A stretch of DNA of 64,000 bases from Acidobacteriota bacterium (GTDB lineage Bacteria; Acidobacteriota; UBA890; WLXD01): assembly GCA_965248695.1 (NCBI GenBank), contig CBDFKD010000002.1, positions 4,224,001 through 4,288,000 of the forward strand, given 5' to 3'. Shown here piece after piece: positions 41,009 to 49,579 of this stretch (position 1 is the first letter of the stretch; every line of letters starts with the position of its first letter). Under the pieces are notes generated by a model. That model was not told the origin of the DNA. It ran no database searches and saw nothing but the letters and a program-made list of their open reading frames with translations. Both the position numbers and the translations under genes were made by a program.

Positions 41009-42889
41009 TTGTCACGTATCTACCTGCGCTCGCTCGTCACCGTCAGCTGTCTTCTCACCGCCGGCGTTGCATCCGCGCAGGAAGCGGATTTCGGTCTGCA
41101 ACCGCCGGCCGTGGCACTTGCGGGTGTGCCGACGCAGGTTGCCGCAACAGCTCCGCCCGATGCTTTGGCGACGCTGGTGTTGCGGGCCGGCGGGCGCCGC
41201 TACGCTGCCGTTGTCGACGGCGAAACAGCGACCTTTGTCGATGTGACCCTGGCGCGAGGTGAGTCGGGCCTGGAGCTCGAGTCCAACGGATCCGTCGTCG
41301 CCACCGCCGAACTGCGGGTGCTGCCCGGCTGGGTCTCGGTGGTTCCGGCGTTGCTGGCGATCGCCGTGGCGCTGGTATCCAAGCAGGTGATCCCGGCGCT
41401 GTTTCTCGGCATCTGGTTCGGTGCTGCGGCGCTGGTCGGGTTCACGCCGACCGGTGTGTTCCAGGGCATGCTCGACACGTACGCGGTCTACGTCCTAGGC
41501 GCCGTGGTGACTCCGAGCCAGACACAGATCCTGCTGTTCTCGTTCATGATCGGCGGCACGGTCGGCATCGTCATCAAGAACGGCGGTATGCAGGGCGTGG
41601 TCAACTTGATCGTCCGCTTCGCCACCGACCCGCGTCGGGGCCAGCTGACCACCGGGGCGCTCGGAGTGGCGGTGTTTTTCGACGACTACACCAACACGCT
41701 GGTGGTCGGGAACACGATGCGGCAGGTGACGGACCGGCTGCGGATCTCGCGCGAGAAGCTCGCCTACATCGTCGACTCGACCGCTGCGCCGGTCGCCTGT
41801 GTGGCGCTCGTATCCACCTGGATCGGGTACCAGGTGGGTCTGATTGGCAGCGCCATAGCTCCGATTCCCGCCATCCAGGAGTCGAGCTACGGGATCTTCC
41901 TCAACTCGATCGCGTACAGCTTCTATCCGTTCCTCACCATGTTCCTGGTCTTCACGCTGGCAGGGCTGGGTCGTGACTTCGGACCCATGTACGCCGCCGA
42001 GAAGCGCGCGCGCACGACGGGGCAGGTGCTCGGACCCGATGCCAAGGTTGACGCGGCAGCCGCCGCCGATGCCGACGAGCTGCGCCTCAAGGAAGACAAG
42101 CCGGTGCGTGCCATCAACGCGATCGTGCCGCTTGGGGCTCTCATCGTGACGGTGATCGCGGGGCTCTACCTCACCGGTACCGGCGATACGGTGCGCGACA
42201 TCATCGGCACGGCGGACTCGAACATGGCGCTGATGTGGGCCTCCCTCATGGGAACGCTGACAGCCGTCGCAATGACGAGCGCGCAGCGCATCTTGACGGT
42301 GACCGAGATCGTCGACGCCTGGTACGCCGGCCTCAAGCAGATGCTCTTCGCGATGATCATCCTGGTGCTGGCGTGGTCGCTGGCCTCCGTCTCCGGCGGA
42401 CTGCAGACGGCCAGCTACCTGGTCTCCATCCTGGTGGATTCGTTGTCGCCGGCGATGGCGCCCACGCTGGTGTTCGTCCTCGCCGGGTTGACCGCGTTCG
42501 CGACCGGTTCGAGCTGGGCGACCATGGGTATCCTGATGCCGTTGGTGGTGCCGCTAGTTTGGGCGGTGATGGGGGCTGCGGGTGCCGCGGGGCAGATGCA
42601 CATTCTGTATTCCGCCGTCTCGGCCGTCCTGGCTGGAGCCGTGCTCGGTGACCACTGTTCGCCAATCTCCGACACCACCATCCTTTCTTCGATGGCCTCC
42701 GGATGTGACCACATCGAGCACGTGCGCACCCAGATGCCGTATGCCCTGGTGGTAGGAGCAGTCGCCATCGGTCTGGGGACACTGCCGAGCGGATTCGGCA
42801 TGCCGTGGTGGGTCGGCATGCTTGCTGGCGCGGCGGCGTTGTACGGCGTGGCACGCTATGTAGGGAAACCGGTGGCGGCAGTCGACTGA
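41009..42889 (+). CDS. NhaC-family Na+/H+ antiporter-like transporter
   Basis: FFDDYTN, REKLAYIVDSTAAP, FATGSSW, GDHCSPISDTTILSS, HVRTQMPYA. Confidence 0.92.
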   Translation: MSRIYLRSLVTVSCLLTAGVASAQEADFGLQPPAVALAGVPTQVAATAPPDALATLVLRAGGRRYAAVVDGETATFVDVTLARGESGLELESNGSVVATAELRVLPGWVSVVPALLAIAVALVSKQVIPALFLGIWFGAAALVGFTPTGVFQGMLDTYAVYVLGAVVTPSQTQILLFSFMIGGTVGIVIKNGGMQGVVNLIVRFATDPRRGQLTTGALGVAVFFDDYTNTLVVGNTMRQVTDRLRISREKLAYIVDSTAAPVACVALVSTWIGYQVGLIGSAIAPIPAIQESSYGIFLNSIAYSFYPFLTMFLVFTLAGLGRDFGPMYAAEKRARTTGQVLGPDAKVDAAAAADADELRLKEDKPVRAINAIVPLGALIVTVIAGLYLTGTGDTVRDIIGTADSNMALMWASLMGTLTAVAMTSAQRILTVTEIVDAWYAGLKQMLFAMIILVLAWSLASVSGGLQTASYLVSILVDSLSPAMAPTLVFVLAGLTAFATGSSWATMGILMPLVVPLVWAVMGAAGAAGQMHILYSAVSAVLAGAVLGDHCSPISDTTILSSMASGCDHIEHVRTQMPYALVVGAVAIGLGTLPSGFGMPWWVGMLAGAAALYGVARYVGKPVAAVD

Positions 42890-42977
42890 CCGGCGCTCGT
42901 GAAGAAGGGGCCCCCGCGGGAGACTGTGGGTTCCGCCGACGACAACGAAACCCTGCGGCCGGTGTCCGACAGTCCGG

Positions 42978-43244
42978 TCAGAGCACCATGCGGACGAATC
43001 GGTGCCCCCGCAGCGCATCGTAGATGCTGGTGCGCTCGGTTTCGCTGCTCACCCGGACCTCGACATTGAGCGAAACGTACTTGCCGCCGGAGCTGGTGTT
43101 GGACCGCTCGATCGTGACGCCGTCGACCTCCACGACTTCCAGCACGGCCTCCCGGAGGGAGGTCTCATCGGCGCCGATCAGCTTGTACAGCCACAGGCAC
43201 GGATACTCCATCTCCAGTCGCTCGGTGACCGGGTTGACGGTCAC
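42978..43244 (-). CDS. DUF493 (YbeD/HP0495-like) protein
   Basis: EYPCLWLYKLIG, SSGGKYVSL, IYDALRGHRFVRMVL. Confidence 0.88.
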   Translation of the reverse strand: MTVNPVTERLEMEYPCLWLYKLIGADETSLREAVLEVVEVDGVTIERSNTSSGGKYVSLNVEVRVSSETERTSIYDALRGHRFVRMVL

Positions 43245-43355
43245 GCGCGGAGAATCGCGTTCGTCGCTGATTGTGACCTCCTCAAGTGTATGCGTTGGCG
43301 GGAACCGGCGGACGCGCTGTTGATCTGATCGTACCGCGTGAACATCGGTCCCGAA

Positions 43356-44258
43356 TCAGCCCATGGGCATCGGCAAGGCCACCAGAATCGCCGTTACCAG
43401 GAGAAGCAGCAGCGCCCACGAAAGCTCGAGTCCGGCGCTTCGGCGCAGCCGCTGGGTGCCGGCCGCGTTGCCCAATCCGGGGCGCACCCGGCGCCAGTTG
43501 ACGTAGCCTGCGGCGGCAATGGCGGCGAACAGCAGGAGCTTGAGCGCCAGCGTCCTACCGTAGACGGTGCTCCACAGCGCCGCCAGCTCGCCGAGGTAGA
43601 ACCACGATGTCAGCGTGCCGCTGAGGAGTAACGTCGCGGCCGCCACCAGCGCCAGCGGGGAGAAGCGGTGAATCGCCCGCGCCACGGCCTCGTCGATGCC
43701 CTCCATACCGCCGCCGAGCAGCAGCCAGGCGAGCACCGCCAGCGTTCCGATCCATGCGGTGGCTGCTGCCACATGCAGCATCTGTGATGCCAGCGGTACG
43801 CTCAGCCATCCCTGCTCGACGGCGTGGCCTGTCAACGGCACGCTGAGGACTGCGCCGGCGCCACCGGCGGCGGCTACCACGCGACCCGCGGTGATCCCGG
43901 CACGGCGAAGCCCGTAGCCGGCCACCGCCAGACTCGCGGCCGCCATCTGACACAGCCAACCTGTTCCCCAGCTCGTTCGCATGGCGACCACCTGCACGAG
44001 ATCGAGCGTAACGGGCTCGTCGAGCGCGAACAGCAGCCAGGTCTGAGCCCACAAAAGGGCGGCGCGCAGGACGACCAACGCTACGGCGGCGGTCAGCGCC
44101 GGCGCCAGCAGGCGGCGCGCTAGTGGCTCGATGTCGACCTGGGCGCGGCTCAGCACCAGCTCTGCCAGGGCCGTGCCCCCGATCCAGAGGGTGCAGACAT
44201 AAGCGAGCCAGCGGCCGGCGCCGGCCAGCCAGGTGACGGTCGTCAGGTCTTCGATCAC
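43356..44258 (-). CDS. CopD-family copper uptake/resistance membrane protein
   Basis: LTGHA, LHVAAATAWIGTL, RFSPLA, YGRTLALKLLL. Confidence 0.85.
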   Translation of the reverse strand: MIEDLTTVTWLAGAGRWLAYVCTLWIGGTALAELVLSRAQVDIEPLARRLLAPALTAAVALVVLRAALLWAQTWLLFALDEPVTLDLVQVVAMRTSWGTGWLCQMAAASLAVAGYGLRRAGITAGRVVAAAGGAGAVLSVPLTGHAVEQGWLSVPLASQMLHVAAATAWIGTLAVLAWLLLGGGMEGIDEAVARAIHRFSPLALVAAATLLLSGTLTSWFYLGELAALWSTVYGRTLALKLLLFAAIAAAGYVNWRRVRPGLGNAAGTQRLRRSAGLELSWALLLLLVTAILVALPMPMG

Positions 44259-44292
44259 GGCTCAGCTCACGGGCGAGCACGACGGAGCGCCC

Positions 44293-44315
44293 AACTTGTT
44301 TCGCCCCCCACCGTC
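44293..44315 (+). promoter_or_regulatory. Candidate ECF-sigma-type promoter (AAC-N16-CGTC)
   Basis: AAC at 44293-44295 and CGTC at 44312-44315, in the divergent intergenic region upstream of the redoxin. Short motif, could be chance. Confidence 0.25.
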
Positions 44316-44472
44316 GCATCGTGTGTCCGGGAAACGCATTTGGACTCTCGGAAATCGGGACCCCCGACTGTTTCTTGAGTGACGGAACACGAGGATCTCA
44401 TCCTGACGCTTGCCCGAAGCCGGAGTCAAACCGGGCGGCGAACGTACACGGGCTCCGGGAGGTCTCAGAGGT

Positions 44473-45096
44473 ATGCTCAAGCTCCGCGTGCCTGATTGGG
44501 CCGGCAGCGCCATGTTTCTGATACTGGCAGTTGGAGTCACGTACGTCGTCTGGGCGCTGGCGAACGAGAATCGCGCCCTCGAGGCCGAGATCGCTCGCTT
44601 GCGCAGCCAGTCTTCAATTCTGGGCGCCTCGATGCAGCCCGGCGATGAGCTTCCGCCGGTGTCGCTGACCAATCTGGCAGGTCGTTCCGCGGTACTGAGT
44701 GATCTTGCCCCCGGCGGCGGGGTGATCGCATTTCTGACCACGACGTGTCCGTTCTGCAGGCAAACGCTACCAGCGTGGAACAGGCTTGCTGCTGCCTACA
44801 CGGCCAGCGGGGTTCCGTTTATCGGTGTCTCTCTGGACGGTGCGGAGCCTACGCGCGCCTATGTCGCCGAGACGGGCGTGGCCTGGCAGGCGTGGGTTTC
44901 GGAGGATCCGTTAACCGCGAGCGCGGAGCTGAAGGTGCCGCTGGTGCCGCTGACGGTCCTGGTCGGCCAGAACAACGTCGTCGAACGCGTGTGGTCGGGC
45001 GCGCTCGAGTACGACGGTGTTCAGCTGGTCTACGACTCCCGCAAGGAGACCACTGAGCGCCTCAACGTTGGTGATGACCTAGGGGGCATGCGATGA
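44473..45096 (+). CDS. Membrane-anchored TlpA/redoxin-like thioredoxin-fold protein
   Basis: TM segment and coiled coil, then PGDELPPVSL, TTCPFC, VPLTVLV. Confidence 0.8.
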   Translation: MLKLRVPDWAGSAMFLILAVGVTYVVWALANENRALEAEIARLRSQSSILGASMQPGDELPPVSLTNLAGRSAVLSDLAPGGGVIAFLTTTCPFCRQTLPAWNRLAAAYTASGVPFIGVSLDGAEPTRAYVAETGVAWQAWVSEDPLTASAELKVPLVPLTVLVGQNNVVERVWSGALEYDGVQLVYDSRKETTERLNVGDDLGGMR

Positions 45097-45536
45097 ACGG
45101 CAACCGCAAACGAATCCGACAAGCCGACGAGGGGTTCAGTCTGATCGAGTTGCTGATCGTCGTGTCGATTGTTGGCATTCTGGCCAACATTGCCTTTCCG
45201 ATGTTGTATGGATCTCTCAACAACGCCAAAGCGTCACGGATCCTTGCCGACGCCGGCGCCGTCTTCAAGGCAGCGGACAAGTATCGACTCGAGAGCAACA
45301 ACTACCCGGCCAGCGCCGGATGGGGCACGTTGCCCAACGAGTTGCAGGACTCGCTCGGCGGCATGAGCTTCACCAACGGCGAGAATCGTTACGCGTGGGT
45401 GGGTACACCAAACTACCACGGCCTGTACATCTACACCACCGGCGACCAGCAGGTGCTTACGTTGGCAAACGACCAGTGGAGTGGGCTCAGTGTGGTGTTC
45501 GGTCCGTACTTGATTCTCTATGAGTGGCACTACTAG
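45093..45536 (+). CDS. Type IV pilin/pseudopilin with prepilin cleavage-methylation site
   Basis: G|FSLIELLIVVSIVGILANIAFP with E5 and P22; ATGA overlap with the redoxin stop. Confidence 0.9.
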   Translation: MNGNRKRIRQADEGFSLIELLIVVSIVGILANIAFPMLYGSLNNAKASRILADAGAVFKAADKYRLESNNYPASAGWGTLPNELQDSLGGMSFTNGENRYAWVGTPNYHGLYIYTTGDQQVLTLANDQWSGLSVVFGPYLILYEWHY

Positions 45537-45551
45537 TCAGCGGAGCCTTGC

Positions 45552-47963
45552 GTGAGCTACTGGGAGTTTCTTACCCAACTCGACGTGGTGTTCGCAAGCT
45601 GCTCTGGCGGCTGGTTGTACGGCCATGCTCGCGAATCGGAGGGTGAGGCAAGCTGAAGCGGATCTGCAGCAGCTGCTCGACAACCTCCCGGTCGGAGTGT
45701 TTCGCAACACGCCGGGTGCGGAAGGGCGGTTCTTGCTGGCGAACCCCGCCATGGCGCGCATCTTCGGCTACGATTCGGCAGCCGAGTTGCAAGAGCTACC
45801 GGTCGCCCGGCTATACCCGAAGCCGGCCTCGAGGAAGGTCTTCTCGGATCGGCTGGAGCGGCGAGGTCGGATATCGCTCCGCGAGCGCTTCCGACGCAAG
45901 GACGGCTCCATTCTCTGGGCGCAGCTCCACATGCAGACCGAAGTCGATGGTGCCGGAAACGTGCGTCATTTCGACGGCATCGTGGAAGACGTCACCGAGC
46001 TGCATCTCGAGCGCGAGCAGTTGCTGGACGCGAAGCTCCAAGCGCAAATTGCCAGCGAAGCCAAGAGCGAGTTCCTGGCGAATATGAGCCACGAGATCCG
46101 CACACCGATGAACGGGATCATTGGCATGGCCGGGCTGATCGCGGAGACCGACCTGGATCCACAACAGTCGAGCTACGTCAGCACGATACAGGGGTGCGCC
46201 AACTCGCTGTTGGGGCTGATCAACGACATCCTGGACTTCTCGAAGATCGAGGCTGGCAAGCTCGCGATCGAGGATGCTCCGTTCCACCTACCCACTGCTC
46301 TCGAGCGGCTCGGCGAGATCTTCGCGCAGCCCGCGCAGGAGAAGGGTCTGGAGCTGATCCTGAGCGCCGATCCCGAGGTGGCGGATCACCTACTCGGGGA
46401 CGTAACGCGGGTTCGGCAGCTACTCATGAACCTGATCGGCAACGCCATCAAATTCACCGAGGTCGGCGAGATCGCGGTGCATGTCGGATTGGCGAAAGAG
46501 AGGGGAGAGGAGCAGGAGCTGCTCTTCCGGGTGCGTGACACGGGCATTGGCATCGATCGCAAGGCGATCGAGAGAATCTTCGACTCGTTCAGCCAAGAAG
46601 ACGGTTCGACGACGCGTCGGTTCGGCGGGACCGGGCTGGGACTGGCCATCTGCAAGCGCCTGGTCGACATGATGGGCGGCAAGATTGGTGTCGATAGCGT
46701 TCCACAGGTGGGTTCGACCTTCTGGTTCCAGTTGCCGTTCAGAAAGGGGGCGACAGTTCCCTGCGAACACGGTCCGGACCTGAGCGGTGCTCGGGTGCTC
46801 GTGGTCGATGACAACGCGACGAGCCGGGACACGCTGGGCAAGCAACTCGAGAGTCGAAATTGCATCGTCGAGACGGTTCCGAGCGCCCGCTACGCTCGCG
46901 CCATGCTCGCCGAGCAGAGCTTCGACGTTGTCCTGGTCGACCTGGAGATGCCTGGCACCGATGGTCAGACGTTGGCGCGTCAGCTACGGAAGCTCCGCTT
47001 CCGCGAACCGCTGATCCTCCTGAGCTCGCTGGTCCCTCATACGACGATCGAGGAGGGGCTATTCGCAGAGCAGGTGGCGAAGCCCGCCAAGCCCAGCTCG
47101 CTATACCAGGCGGTGGCAGCAGCCACTGGTCGTGGGTCTTGCTATCGGCCCGGTCACCGCCGCGGAAGGATCCCATGAGCACGCCACGACACAGCCGCCG
47201 CCAGGGTTGAGCGGGCCGGGTGCTTGTTGTCGATGACAACTCCGCCAACCGAGTTCTGGCGCAAGCCCTGATCCGCAGGCAGGGTTGCGAGGCCAAGACG
47301 GTGGCCGACGGCCAGCAGGCGCTCGATGTACTGGCTGCCGAGGACTTCGACCTGGTCTTGATGGACGTGCACATGCCGGTGATGGACGGGCTTGTGGCGA
47401 CTCGACAGATCCGATTGGGGGGTAGCGTCCGAGATCCGCGCGTCCCGATCGTCGCCCTGACCGCCAGCGCATTGCCAGAAGACCGCGACGCGTGCCTCGC
47501 CTGCGGCATGAACGCCTACATCACCAAGCCGATTCACGTCGAGGAGCTCAAATATCAGCTCACCACGTTCCTGGGCTCGGGGCGACCAGGTGAGCCCTGT
47601 ACCGACGATAGTGAGTCCGATCTGGACTACGAGCAACTACTGCGGGATCTTGGCGGTGATATCGCAACCGCCGCTGTCTTGATCGCCGACTTCAAGGCGT
47701 CCGCGGCGGCGCGCGTTGACGAGATCGTTACGTCTCTGGCCACGGGGGATCACGATGCCGTGGTGGTCCACGCGCACGCGCTCGTCTCCCGCGCGATCGG
47801 TCTGGGTGCGCGGCGAATTGCACGGATCGCGCGCGAGCTCGAACGCCAAGCGGCTGTAGATGAGGTGGAACGAGAGAAGCTCCAAGCGGCCCCGCGACTG
47901 TTGCGTGAGGCCCTGAGCCGGCTCGATCGGGTCGTTGCCGCACAGCTGCCGACGGCCGCATAA
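45552..47963 (+). CDS. Hybrid sensor kinase (TM-PAS-HisKA-HATPase-REC-REC-Hpt), apparently split by three single-base insertions
   Basis: [37 protein letters not shown]; REC motifs DLEMP and MDVHMP; Hpt-like AHAL. ORFs 45625-47178 and 47220-47963 join if extra G bases near 47135 and 47214 are removed. Confidence 0.8.
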
Positions 47964-48078
47964 GACATCTATCGATCGCTCCGGTGTGGCGCCCCTGCTA
48001 GGCTGCGCCTGAGTTCCTCAGCTTCGATCGGAGGGCGTGGCCGGCGCGGCCGATCTAGCACCAACGGAGAGATCCAGT

Positions 48079-49578
48079 ATGCGTGGAGATCCGATGCGAC
48101 CAGGCTGCGCGAGGGCATTTCGATGGCTGGGCCGGGCGCTCGCCGCGGCGGCGCTGCTCGTCGTATCGACGCCGGTGTTGGCCAGCTATTGCGTCTACGT
48201 CGGCAAGAACCTCACCGCCAGCGGCAATGTGTTTCTCGGCGGCTACGGCGACGAACCTTCCAGTCACTGGCTTGAGATCGTGCCGCGTCGCGATCATCCA
48301 TCGGGTGCGATGATCCGCGTGGGCATCACCGCCGAGGCCTCGATGCCGGGCGTCTTCGGACAGTTGCGACAGGTGTCGCAAACGGCCAAGTACATCTCGA
48401 TGGAATACTCCGAGTATTCCGGTTTCCCGGCGCCGCTCACCAACGGTGGGCTCAACGAGCACGGGGTGGCGGCGCGCGACGTCTGGTCGACGAGCAGCAA
48501 AGAGCTGCGCGACATGACGCCCAATCCGCAGGGCGGCGGACCGAACTACAGCGACCTGGCGCGCATCGTCATGGAGCGTGCCCACAGCGCTCGCGAGGCG
48601 GTGGAGATCGTCGGTCGTCTCATCGACCGTTTCGGGTTCAGCACCTACGGCGGTAACTCGCACCTGTTCGCCGATGCCGCCGAGGGCTGGGTGTTCATCA
48701 ATTTCGCCGGCGGCCAAGGTTTGTGGGCGGCGGAACGTCTGGGACCCGACGACATCCGCGTCTCGAGGCCCGGTTACATCGATGAGTTCCCGCTCGACTT
48801 CAAGGATCACCCGGACTACATGGCATCCGACAACTTCATCAGCTTCGCCATCGAGCAGGGGTGGTACGACCCGGATTCAGGCGCCCCCTTCAACGTCACC
48901 GAGGTGTATGGGCAGGACGAGCGGCCGGGTGTTCCCACTGCCGAGCTCGTTCCTAAGAACCACCTCGGGGTGCGCTTCATCGAGGACAGCCTTCGCAATC
49001 TCGGACACAGGGTCACGCTGGAGGACATGATCGCGGTCGTACGGACGGGGAACGTGACCCACGACAGCGCCGGCTACGGTCAGGTCGCCGAGCTCCGTAG
49101 CGGCATCCACCCCGAGCTCGCAGTCCTCTGGGTCGCTGCTACCTCGCCGGAAACGGCGCCGTTCATCCCGCTTCGCATCGGCGTGACCGACGTTCCGCCA
49201 GAGCTCGGCTACCATCGATATCTGAGCTCCGGACAGGCGACGGATGCCTACATCGACGACGAGATCCGCGGTCGCGAGTCGACGCGGTTCGCGCTGCGCA
49301 CCTACAAGCGGCTGCGCTATCTCATGGAGGAGCACGAGGCGAAGTTTCTGCCCGAGATCGCCGAAGCGCTGGCGGCCTTCGAAGGCGGTCTGATCGCGGC
49401 GCAGCCCGACGTGGAACGCACCGCGCTGAAGCTCTTCGAGGCCGGCGAACCGGGGCTGGCGCGGCAGTATCTGACCTACTACGCCAGCACGGAGGCGCTC
49501 AACGGCATGCGCCTCGGCGACGCGCTGGCGGACAGTATCGAAGCGCGCACCAGAGTGATCTACGGCATCCGCAAGTAG
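48079..49578 (+). CDS. Secreted C69-family dipeptidase-like Ntn hydrolase
   Basis: Signal peptide, then SYCVYVGKNLT; GGLNEHGVA; ERAHSAREAVEIVGRLIDRFG; ADAAEGW. Confidence 0.82.
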   Translation: MRGDPMRPGCARAFRWLGRALAAAALLVVSTPVLASYCVYVGKNLTASGNVFLGGYGDEPSSHWLEIVPRRDHPSGAMIRVGITAEASMPGVFGQLRQVSQTAKYISMEYSEYSGFPAPLTNGGLNEHGVAARDVWSTSSKELRDMTPNPQGGGPNYSDLARIVMERAHSAREAVEIVGRLIDRFGFSTYGGNSHLFADAAEGWVFINFAGGQGLWAAERLGPDDIRVSRPGYIDEFPLDFKDHPDYMASDNFISFAIEQGWYDPDSGAPFNVTEVYGQDERPGVPTAELVPKNHLGVRFIEDSLRNLGHRVTLEDMIAVVRTGNVTHDSAGYGQVAELRSGIHPELAVLWVAATSPETAPFIPLRIGVTDVPPELGYHRYLSSGQATDAYIDDEIRGRESTRFALRTYKRLRYLMEEHEAKFLPEIAEALAAFEGGLIAAQPDVERTALKLFEAGEPGLARQYLTYYASTEALNGMRLGDALADSIEARTRVIYGIRK

Positions 49579-49579
49579 C

